From: Kiritimatiellia bacterium
GTDB lineage: Bacteria > Verrucomicrobiota > Kiritimatiellia > RFP12 > JAVBOU01
NCBI GenBank assembly: GCA_031550185.1
Contig: JAVBOU010000008.1
Span: 1-57,382, forward strand
Length of the DNA: 57,382 bases
Reading direction: 5' to 3'
Below, in pieces: positions 12,137 through 20,578 of the stretch. Under the pieces are notes generated by a model. The model saw only the letters and a list, made by a program, of their open reading frames with translations, was not told the DNA's origin and ran no database searches. The translations under genes and the position numbers were made by a program. How positions within the stretch are numbered: position 1 is the stretch's first letter; each line of letters starts with the position of its first letter.

Positions 12137-15100
12137 TCACCGGATCATGAAAAGCCCGGCGGCCATAGTGTGAAGGCCAGTGAGGCGGATTTGTTTATTC
12201 TCGGCGTCGAGCGTGATTTTGGCGTCGTCAGCGTAGATGTAACGCCGGGAGTCGGGATGGATCACGGGAACGAGGTTCACAGTGCTCTCAATGTTTTCGA
12301 GGTTGCCCGTCCAATCCATCAGCACGTAGGTCTTTCCACCGACGGCTTTTCTGCCGCGCGAAAGGTCTTTGATGACAAACGTCCATGTGTTGCCGGCGTA
12401 GGGTTTGCGCAGGCTGTTGGCGATGTGGACGCGGTCGTTGTTGGCGCCGTTGATCTTGATGTCGAAGAACAAGTCCTCGAGGAGAGCGGTGTTTTCGTTG
12501 TGGCCGAAGGCGCCGCCAAAGGTGAGCGTGCCGATGGTGGCGGCATCGCCGGGCGCGACACGACTGCCGGACTTCAAGTTGGTTCCGTTCATGCTCCAAT
12601 AGCTGAATGTGCCGAATCCGCCGAGGGTCATGCCGGGTTCCGTGACGGTGGGGAAGCCGCTGTACGTGACGCCTTCGGCGACGCTGAGATTGCCACCCGA
12701 GCCGCAGAGATAGACGCCAAATGTATTGGCCGCGCCGATCATCACGGTGCCCTCGTAGAGGATCACGCTACCGCCGCGTGTGCGGGCGGGGCCGTTGAGA
12801 CGAAGCGTGCCGGAACCGTATTTGTACAGGTTGAAAGCGCCCGCAAACGGACCGTGGAAGGTGCGGTTGGAGGAACCGTCGAAGATGACCGCCGGAGCGC
12901 CGCCATTCCACACTGGGAAACAGGTGAGCGCCTCGTAGTCGCCGATGCGGTCTTCGCCGGTGAAACGGAGGTCGCCGCTGTTGTTCAAACGGGGGATGAT
13001 GATGCTCGGACGCGCGGGGGCGCCGGGATTGGACGGACTCCACGCGACAGGCGCGGCGATGTCGAGCGCGTGGCCGCCGTTGTCGCAATGGATGACGATG
13101 TCGTCGCCGCCGAAAACGAGCGCGCCGCCGCCGGTGGATTCGATGCGTTTTTCAGAGTCGCCGCACGCGATCATCGCGCCGGAGGCGATGGTGAAGTCAT
13201 GCGCGCCGAGGTCGAGCGTTTGAAGATTGGCGGTGTTCAGGCGGAGGCCGGCCACGGTGGCGGACGTGGTGAGCGTGAGTTCGGGTTGCGTCAACTGCCC
13301 GAGCGCATCCGGCGCGTTGCCGGTGGCGGCGAGCTCTGTGTAGTCGTTGTCGTTGACGGTGGTGATGAAACCCTCGCTGTCAACGGTGGTGTAATGGTTG
13401 TAGAACATCATCCACGGCTGCCAGATGGGGCCGTACTGATTGTGCGCATCGCGAACGGAAAAGCGGGCGTTGTGGTTGAACGTAAGCGTGACGCACGCGC
13501 CGGCATCGCGCCGGATCTCATCGAAGTGAAGCGTCGTCAGGGGGCCGGCGTTCACGCCGTTGACCGTCATGTTCAAACGGCCGCCCTGGAGATCAAGCAA
13601 CGAAATATCCTCGCGTACCGGGACGTCGCTGTTGCCGTGATAGGTGAAGCTGCCGCTGCCGTGATGCACGCCGAGGGTGACGCCGGGGGCGAAGCGGTTG
13701 CTGCGCGGCGTGCTGTTGTAGAGGTTCAGCGTGGTTTCGGATCCATTGTGATACGCCCATCCGGCGATATAGACGCCGGCGGAGTTGGTGATGGAAAAGT
13801 CGTTGTCAAGCGCGGTACTCATGTTTTGAATGTAGAGATTGCCGGTGGTGTTCCACGGGCCGCGCAGATTGGCGTTATTGTTTTGGTTGCCGGTGGTGTA
13901 GATGGTGGCACCGATGTCGTAATCGGAGACCGGGCCGCTGACGGTGATTGATCCGCCCCATGAGTCGTTCGACTGCCAGTTGGACGAACGTCCGAGAAAG
14001 AGAGGCACGGTGATGATGTGGCCGTTGCCGCCGCCAATGTAGCTGTTGAGCAACGTGAGCGAGGCGTCGTCGGCGTTGGGCGCGAGGGCGGTGTTGGCGT
14101 CAAACACGAGGTCGCCGATGACAAACGGCCCGTCCACAAAAATAACACGCGCCTCTTCGGACAAATTGGCAGTCGTGATGCGAACGCGGTTGTACGGCCC
14201 GGGAATGGCGCCGGTGTCCCAGTTGAGCGGATTGCCCCACCGTTGGTCGCCGCCATTGCCCGTCCACGTCACGGTGCCGTTCGGCAAGCCGTGGGCGGCG
14301 ATGGTGACGGCTTTCGCGGGCGTCTCGACCATGCGGATGACGCCGGGCGCATCGGGCATTTCCGTCTCCGCGCGGAACGCGAAGTAGTGCGTCGTGCCAT
14401 TTGCAAGTTTGTTGATGATGTGCGCGAAATGCGTAACGGTGTTCACGGCGGGCCACGTCCTCACCGGTGCGAGCGAGTCGGCGGATCCGCCCAACAAAAG
14501 CGTCACCGTGGAGGTTCCCGCGCCGGCATCGGCAAGGCTCGCGCTGAAGTAGCAACTTTCCGAATACGGCACCGTGAGCAGGTCGGCGAATGATGGCAAA
14601 CCGGTGGTTATGAAGTTAACCGACGCGGGCGCCCACGCGGTTTCCATTCCGTTGTTGATGCGGTGGCGGTAATAGTAGGTTGTCGCGTTCTTAAGGCCGG
14701 TGAGCGCGTGCGATACATTGCCGAGCACCTGTGCGCCGAGGCTGACGGAATGTTCCCACGCCGCCGCGTTGTCCCCTCCGTCGGTCTCGCCCCAGAACAT
14801 ATCCACCGTGGCGCCGGTGGTGACGCCGGGCGCGATGTAGTCCACCCAGGCCATGGCCGTTGCGGCGGCGCTTGTGATGTTTTCGGCGGCGCGCGAATAG
14901 ATCGCCGGCGACGTGCTTCGCGTTGTGAACGTGCGGGACGCGGAGGCAACAAGGTTGAAGCTGTTGTCGAGCACAAAACGGTACGCGTACGTCGCCCCGA
15001 TCGCCAGCGAACCCGTCGGGAGCGTGACGGAAAACGCGCCGTCTTCGGTGAGTACGCCCTCGACCGCGTACGTGGCAACGCCCGAGCTCTGCCACGAGGC

Positions 15101-17062
15101 TTCGTCAAACGCGCCGTCATCCACCTTGACTTGTGTCACGACTCTGGTGCGCATGCCGCCGGTGAAAATGGTTCCGTTGAGCGTCGCGAACGTGTCGGCC
15201 ACCGACGTTTCGGAGACGGCGAGCAGGCTGCCGACAAGCTCGTTGCTCAAGCCGTAGCAATGGTACGTCGCTCCGGAGACGAGTCCCTTGTAATTGATGT
15301 TCAGCGCGCCGGAGGCATCCGCGACGTAGATGAACGAAAGAAATGTGTCCTGCGCGTATGCGTCCGGATCGAACGGGATATCCCCCAGTGTCTCGGCATC
15401 GGTTGAAAATGTGAACGTACATGTGCGCGGGCCGCCCCATTTGCGCTGGTAAAAGCGAATCTCATACAAGCGTCCTTCGGTCAGCCCGCCGATTCGCGCG
15501 GTGCCGTTCGCGGTGTCGTAAAAAAAGTCGTTGAGCACGTGATAAATCCCCTGGTCGCTCCCGGATGTGATGATGCCGCCCGCAGTGCCGTTGCCGTATG
15601 CTTTCGCCGGAAATCCGCTCCATGTGAAGGTTGTGCCGGGAATCGTTCCGGCGTTGGCCGCCGTACTGAGAAATGGAACATTGTTGACAATGGGGTGGTC
15701 GATCACACCGCCGAAGTCCAGCGCATGCGTGTAGGTCTTGGCGGATGAAATCCCGGACGCCGCGTCGCCTGAAAACAGGACGATGCGCGGATTGGCGAGG
15801 CTCGTCAGCCGGACCATGAACTTGACGCTCTCGGACGCCCACGCGCTCTCGTCGCCATAGCTGATGCGATGGCGATAAAAATACATCACGCCGTTGTCAA
15901 ATCCGTCGAGTACGTGTGAAACCGCGCCGAGGGCTTGTTCGCCGAGGCTGACGACGCTTTGCCACGCGGCGGCGTCCGTGCCGCCGTCGGTCTCGCCCCA
16001 GAAAAGTTCGACCGTGGCGCCGGTGTCGATGCCGGATGCGATGAAATCAATGAACGCCGTTGTTGTGGCGGAGTCGTCGACAATGGCTGCCGGCTTGAGC
16101 GAGCGGATCACCGGCGCTGACGTGTACGTGGTGAACACGCGTGCGGGCGATGCGACGACCTCGACGTCGTTGCTGAGCGTGAAGCGGTACGCGTAGCTCG
16201 TGCCGGCGTTGAGCGTGGCCAACGGCACGGCGATGTCGCTTTCCGTCTCGTACGCGCCCGCCGCCATCTTGGTCACGCCCGCCGCCTGCCATGCCGCTTC
16301 GGAGTAATCCGCGTCGTCCTCCTTGAACTGCAGGGTAATGGTGGCCGTGTGTCCGGCCGGGAAGACCTTCGCGTTGAGCGTGGCGTACGTGTCGCCGACC
16401 ACGCTTTCGTCCCGGGGCGTGACGCCGTACGCCTGTTCGTTGCTGAAGCCGTAGACGTGGAAGGTGTTGGCTCCGACATGCGCTTGGACATGGATCTGCA
16501 GCTCCCCGGACGCGGGCGCCACGTAGCGGTACGCGAGAACGCGGTCACCTTCCGCGGTGTCGTCCGGATTGAACGTGATGGTGTCGGAAATTTCCTCGCC
16601 CGGCTTGAACGTGAGGGTCTGCGTGCGGTTGGCGGAACCCCACGCGCGGTTGTAAAAACAAAACTCATACAAGACGCCCGGCTCGAGGCCGGTGATCGTC
16701 ATCGTGCCGTTGGCGAGGTTGTAATTGAGCGAACCGAGCAGGTCGCGGATTTTATACCCGTACCCATCGGGCGTGGAGATGGCCCCTGCGTTGCCGCTGG
16801 CCGATAAAGGCGGGAAGCCGGACCAACCATGCGTGATACCCGTGTTGGCCGCCAGCCCCGTGTTCGTGAACGTCACGCCGTTGATCTCAAACGTGCCGGA
16901 GCCGCCGCCCATGTTGTACGCGTGCGTGTACGTCTTGGCGGACGAAATGCCCGTCTCCACGTCGCTGCGGAACTTGAACAACCGCGGATTCGTCTCCGCG
17001 GCCCACAGCGTGGCGGTCGATGCGGCCAACGCGCCAAGAAACGCCATAACTTGTTTTTTCAT
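12137..17062 (-). CDS. giant (1641 aa) secreted protein: 2 x [CBM-like N-domain + Fn3-like pair] + PATR beta-helix + LFMIR tail
   Basis: ATG at 17062 with GAGGAA SD. Signal peptide MKKQVMAFLGALAASTATLWA. An internal duplication repeats residues ~24-420 at ~425-815 (SAKTYTHAYNMGG / SAKTYTHALDFGG; FHVYGFSNEQ / YHCYGLSNEL). Ends HTMAAGLFMIR. Confidence 0.88.
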   Translation of the reverse strand: MKKQVMAFLGALAASTATLWAAETNPRLFKFRSDVETGISSAKTYTHAYNMGGGSGTFEINGVTFTNTGLAANTGITHGWSGFPPLSASGNAGAISTPDGYGYKIRDLLGSLNYNLANGTMTITGLEPGVLYEFCFYNRAWGSANRTQTLTFKPGEEISDTITFNPDDTAEGDRVLAYRYVAPASGELQIHVQAHVGANTFHVYGFSNEQAYGVTPRDESVVGDTYATLNAKVFPAGHTATITLQFKEDDADYSEAAWQAAGVTKMAAGAYETESDIAVPLATLNAGTSYAYRFTLSNDVEVVASPARVFTTYTSAPVIRSLKPAAIVDDSATTTAFIDFIASGIDTGATVELFWGETDGGTDAAAWQSVVSLGEQALGAVSHVLDGFDNGVMYFYRHRISYGDESAWASESVKFMVRLTSLANPRIVLFSGDAASGISSAKTYTHALDFGGVIDHPIVNNVPFLSTAANAGTIPGTTFTWSGFPAKAYGNGTAGGIITSGSDQGIYHVLNDFFYDTANGTARIGGLTEGRLYEIRFYQRKWGGPRTCTFTFSTDAETLGDIPFDPDAYAQDTFLSFIYVADASGALNINYKGLVSGATYHCYGLSNELVGSLLAVSETSVADTFATLNGTIFTGGMRTRVVTQVKVDDGAFDEASWQSSGVATYAVEGVLTEDGAFSVTLPTGSLAIGATYAYRFVLDNSFNLVASASRTFTTRSTSPAIYSRAAENITSAAATAMAWVDYIAPGVTTGATVDMFWGETDGGDNAAAWEHSVSLGAQVLGNVSHALTGLKNATTYYYRHRINNGMETAWAPASVNFITTGLPSFADLLTVPYSESCYFSASLADAGAGTSTVTLLLGGSADSLAPVRTWPAVNTVTHFAHIINKLANGTTHYFAFRAETEMPDAPGVIRMVETPAKAVTIAAHGLPNGTVTWTGNGGDQRWGNPLNWDTGAIPGPYNRVRITTANLSEEARVIFVDGPFVIGDLVFDANTALAPNADDASLTLLNSYIGGGNGHIITVPLFLGRSSNWQSNDSWGGSITVSGPVSDYDIGATIYTTGNQNNNANLRGPWNTTGNLYIQNMSTALDNDFSITNSAGVYIAGWAYHNGSETTLNLYNSTPRSNRFAPGVTLGVHHGSGSFTYHGNSDVPVREDISLLDLQGGRLNMTVNGVNAGPLTTLHFDEIRRDAGACVTLTFNHNARFSVRDAHNQYGPIWQPWMMFYNHYTTVDSEGFITTVNDNDYTELAATGNAPDALGQLTQPELTLTTSATVAGLRLNTANLQTLDLGAHDFTIASGAMIACGDSEKRIESTGGGALVFGGDDIVIHCDNGGHALDIAAPVAWSPSNPGAPARPSIIIPRLNNSGDLRFTGEDRIGDYEALTCFPVWNGGAPAVIFDGSSNRTFHGPFAGAFNLYKYGSGTLRLNGPARTRGGSVILYEGTVMIGAANTFGVYLCGSGGNLSVAEGVTYSGFPTVTEPGMTLGGFGTFSYWSMNGTNLKSGSRVAPGDAATIGTLTFGGAFGHNENTALLEDLFFDIKINGANNDRVHIANSLRKPYAGNTWTFVIKDLSRGRKAVGGKTYVLMDWTGNLENIESTVNLVPVIHPDSRRYIYADDAKITLDAENKQIRLTGLHTMAAGLFMIR

Positions 17063-17100
17063 CGTGTTCCTCGTTGTTCAAAGGTTATTGGTTTTGACTG

Positions 17101-17128
17101 GCGTGGCAGAGGTCGGTCTCTGCCACGC
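17101..17128. repeat. GC-rich palindromic element, copy 3
   Basis: GCGTGGCAGAG-GTCGGT-CTCTGCCACGC. It lies 13 nt after the stop at 17142 and 38 nt before the start at 17062. Identical 28/28 to copy 4. Confidence 0.9.
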
Positions 17129-17141
17129 AGAGGTTTTTGAG

Positions 17142-20100
17142 TTACCGCACCATGAAGAGGGAACGGTTGTAATGCGTGGTCAGCGTGATGTCGTTGCCAT
17201 CGCCGCCAGTGATTGAAACCCTGAAGCGGAAGAAGTCACCGACGGAGATGTTGTTGAACGCATCCAAACCCGTGAAAGCGCCTTGGACGGAATTCGCGCC
17301 CTGGTTGTCGACAATGGTAAAGACAGTCCCTTCCGGCGGACGGAAGCCATCCAACAGGTGCACGTCAATTCCCGTGTTCTCGACGGAAACAACCGCGTTC
17401 GGATTGGTCAGCACGATTTGATCGTGGTTGACACCGGCTTCGGTTCCGGCAAGCTCGATGTGCAATTTGGCGGGCATGCCTTCGTTGCCGGTAAGCGTGA
17501 GATTTCCGCCAAGTGTGAGTTGTCCGGGGCCGAACGCGCCGGGCGCAAGTGTGCCGCCAATCACGGAGACGTGGCCCGCGATGCGGCCTGTGCCGCCGAG
17601 CGTGGTGTAGGCGGTGACCGCGCCACCCGATGCGAGCGCGCCGTTAACGAGCAAGGTTCCGGCGTTGACAACGATGGGGCCGCTGTTGTTGCTGTTGGGG
17701 TGCGTGAGTACGAGCGAACCGTCGCCATCCTTGGTGATGGCTTGATTCCAGTCATACCAAAGGCGCGGCGCGAATATGAAGTCCACCAGACCGCCGCCGG
17801 GGTTGATGATGAAGGTGCGCGAACCGCCAAACAAGATGACGCAGTTGTCCGCGACGCCTTCAATGGAGGAGAACGTGGCGTTGGTGTTCGCGGGGTTGCC
17901 ATGGTAGATGAAGTCGCCGTTTTGTTGCCAGCGCGACCATCTGTTTCCGGCTCCAGCATTGATGTGAAGGAGGGTTGAAACACCTTCGTCTGATTGATAA
18001 AAAACTAGGCCGGCGGCGCCGACGGTCATGCCGCATTCGCCGTTGCCGTCCCAGTTGCCGACGCTCACGCTGCGCGCGTCCGGCCGCCCCCAGATTTCAA
18101 GCAAGCCGGTACTCCAAAATGCGTTTTTACCCCACGCGGCAAGCGTGCCGTTGCTGACAATGGTCCGCTCCTGCACGGCCACGCTTGACCCGCCGTGACT
18201 GCCGCTGCCAATGTATGCGGATGAGGCGGAACCCAGGATGAAAAAGTTTGAAACGGTTTCGCTTGTTCCTTGCTGCCACTCGTTGTCGGAAAGCGCGAAT
18301 TGCCCGCGCTGAATGGTGATAGTGGCGTTGGGATTGATCTGGTTACGGATGGCGTGCTGGTTGATGTTGCCACCGTTGAGGAGAAGGTCGCCAGCAAGCG
18401 CGGGGACATCATAATTTTTCCGTAGGTAAAGGGTGCCGGAACGGATTTCGGTGACACCCTGAAAGGTGTTGGGTGCGTTGTCGTCATAGCCACCGCCAAG
18501 TGTGAGGCTGTTGCCGGTGAAAACGATGCTGCCGGATCCAGAGATCGCGCCGGAGAGCGTGTAGTTGCCTGCGCCAATGTTGAGGCCGTCCGCATGGATC
18601 GTGAGGTTGCCGGAGAGGTTGTTGTTTCCTGTTGTGATGAGGTTGCCGTTGTCAAAAGTAAGCGGTGTGCCAAGCGGCGAGGTGGCGATGTTCAGCGTGG
18701 CGTCGTCCGTGACGATAATGCGCGGCCAGTTGCCTGGGACACCGAGCGTGGCGTCCGCGATGGCGGTGCCGGACGCGATGAGGCCGGTGTCGCCGCCGTT
18801 GACGGGTACGCCAAGGGGAGACCAGTTGTTCATGTCGCTCCAATTACCGGACGCGCTGTTCCACACGTAATCCGCGGATTCGATCGAGGCAAGTTCCAAC
18901 TCAACGCGGTTGTCGGTCGCGCCGACAATGTACGCGCCGGGTTCAAGCGTGATGACGACATCTTTCGCAACGTCGAAATTGAGCGGCGTCAAGGGCGAAA
19001 CCGTGATGACCGCATCGGTCTCTCCGGCTGCAATGACCAGCTTGCCACTCGCGGGGGACGCGGCGTAATTCACGTCGCGGATCGCGTCGCCGGAAAGCGA
19101 ATAGTACACCACCACTGGCGCCGCAACGCATGACAAAGGACGCGACACCACAACTTCCGTCGTGTCGGCAACGCCGCTGCCAAACTCCGTCTTGACGGCG
19201 GAAAGCGTAAGCGGCGCATTGATGAAATAGGACGCTATTGACGCGGAACCAGTGCCGGCCGCATTTTGCGCGGCGAAGGTGTAGAAATACTCCGGTTCTG
19301 TGAGGCCGGTGGCGTGAAACGAAACCGTCGCGCCATCCACCCACGGCCCTCCGGAAATGGTGTCGACGTTGGGCCACGCGCCACGCGCGGACTCATCCGC
19401 CGGACCCCACAGCACGGAGACGGTGGCGGGCTGCGAGCCGTTCATGACCAGCAGTCCGTTGAATGTCGCGGAGCCCTGCGTAACAGAGCTGGCGTCGAGG
19501 TTTGCGATGGCTGGACTCACGTCCTCGGGATCGCCGTACGCTGTGAAAACGGTGTTGCTGCCCTGGCTCATGAAATCCGCCCACACCCAGTCTTTTCCGC
19601 GCGCGCGTTTCGTGACGCGCAGTTCGTCGAGGTAGTCGGCGAATTTTTGCGTTCCGCCTTGGTAGAACCCGAGCGCGTAGATGGATTCCGTGGACTGATA
19701 GTTACCGACACCGAGCAGCGCGCCATCGACGTAACACGCCGTCTGCCCACCTGCGGCAACCACGGTGATCTGCCGCCAGCCAGCGAAGTCAGGCGGGAGC
19801 TCCGCCCCGCCGGCCTGGACGAAACCGCCGATGTAGGCACCCAGCGCGTTGCTGTCGTCCTTGATGATGATCTGGTGGTTGCCCGACGGACCGCGCGCGA
19901 GTGTCCGCCAGTCGCCGCTCCGCTGAAGGTCTTTGAACCACGTGCTGAGCGTCCACGCGTTGCCAATTTCAAGGTTCGCGTCCATGAACATGCCGCTGTT
20001 GCGGCCTGTCGAAAGATATGCGGCGCGTCCGACCATGCCCCCGTCCGCATAACCGTAAGCGTTCTGGAATTTTGCCGTGCGGTTTGCGGCCGTGGCGTCG

Positions 20101-20561
20101 GTGACGATGTTGCCATCCTCCTTCGCGTAATGTTGCACAAGCGCGAAGCCGTCCGCCCAAACCGCGCCGTTCGTGGTGCAGGGGAGTTGCCCGAATGAGG
20201 GAACGCCCCACACCGCGCGGATGTGCGTGGAGCCGTCGGGATTGACCTCTGGAACCTTCACCCAGACATGTACCGCGTTGGGTGGATCAAACGTGTCGAT
20301 TTCGTAGTCCAGCGGCGTGTTGTTCGCATCGAAAAACCGAAGGTCATATCCTTGCGGATGCGCGAACGGATGTTGCGCGAAGGTGAACGAGCTCCCGCCA
20401 ATGTTGTTGGTGAATGAGACCCGTGCGGGAAAGTTTTCAAGCGTCTCCAAGCGTCCGGCGTAACCGGGGAAGGCGATGCGCATTTGAAACGCGTTTTGCG
20501 CGTTCGAGGCGAATGCGGCGAGCATGAGGCTCACGCATATCCATGCCTGTTGTTTTCTCAT
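17142..20561 (-). CDS. secreted DUF2341/LamG-like + Calx-beta-like + PATR beta-helix protein with LFMVR tail
   Basis: Start set to the ATG at 20561, preceded by AAGGAGAATCGTC. Signal peptide MRKQQAWICVSLMLAAFASNA. DUF2341-like GYDLRFFDANNTPLDYEIDTFDPPNAVHVWVKVP. Calx-beta-like VVYYSLSGDAIRDVNYAASPASGKLVIAAGETDAVITV. Ends THYNRSLFMVR. The first ~90 codons of the tracked ORF are read-through of the palindrome. Confidence 0.85.
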   Translation of the reverse strand: MRKQQAWICVSLMLAAFASNAQNAFQMRIAFPGYAGRLETLENFPARVSFTNNIGGSSFTFAQHPFAHPQGYDLRFFDANNTPLDYEIDTFDPPNAVHVWVKVPEVNPDGSTHIRAVWGVPSFGQLPCTTNGAVWADGFALVQHYAKEDGNIVTDATAANRTAKFQNAYGYADGGMVGRAAYLSTGRNSGMFMDANLEIGNAWTLSTWFKDLQRSGDWRTLARGPSGNHQIIIKDDSNALGAYIGGFVQAGGAELPPDFAGWRQITVVAAGGQTACYVDGALLGVGNYQSTESIYALGFYQGGTQKFADYLDELRVTKRARGKDWVWADFMSQGSNTVFTAYGDPEDVSPAIANLDASSVTQGSATFNGLLVMNGSQPATVSVLWGPADESARGAWPNVDTISGGPWVDGATVSFHATGLTEPEYFYTFAAQNAAGTGSASIASYFINAPLTLSAVKTEFGSGVADTTEVVVSRPLSCVAAPVVVYYSLSGDAIRDVNYAASPASGKLVIAAGETDAVITVSPLTPLNFDVAKDVVITLEPGAYIVGATDNRVELELASIESADYVWNSASGNWSDMNNWSPLGVPVNGGDTGLIASGTAIADATLGVPGNWPRIIVTDDATLNIATSPLGTPLTFDNGNLITTGNNNLSGNLTIHADGLNIGAGNYTLSGAISGSGSIVFTGNSLTLGGGYDDNAPNTFQGVTEIRSGTLYLRKNYDVPALAGDLLLNGGNINQHAIRNQINPNATITIQRGQFALSDNEWQQGTSETVSNFFILGSASSAYIGSGSHGGSSVAVQERTIVSNGTLAAWGKNAFWSTGLLEIWGRPDARSVSVGNWDGNGECGMTVGAAGLVFYQSDEGVSTLLHINAGAGNRWSRWQQNGDFIYHGNPANTNATFSSIEGVADNCVILFGGSRTFIINPGGGLVDFIFAPRLWYDWNQAITKDGDGSLVLTHPNSNNSGPIVVNAGTLLVNGALASGGAVTAYTTLGGTGRIAGHVSVIGGTLAPGAFGPGQLTLGGNLTLTGNEGMPAKLHIELAGTEAGVNHDQIVLTNPNAVVSVENTGIDVHLLDGFRPPEGTVFTIVDNQGANSVQGAFTGLDAFNNISVGDFFRFRVSITGGDGNDITLTTHYNRSLFMVR

Positions 20562-20578
20562 GACGATTCTCCTTAATG

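Noticed and set aside
12002-13951. Other long antisense ORFs: 12002..13951 (+), 9238..10767 (+), 25116..26858 (+), 39792..41378 (+), 48991..50118 (-), 53547..55292 (-), 56179..57318 (-), 45030..46010 (+), and others
   Set aside because: Each is fully overlapped on the other strand by a homology-supported gene. Their composition (runs of R, G, A, P, H) and lack of motifs indicate GC-driven open frames, not genes.
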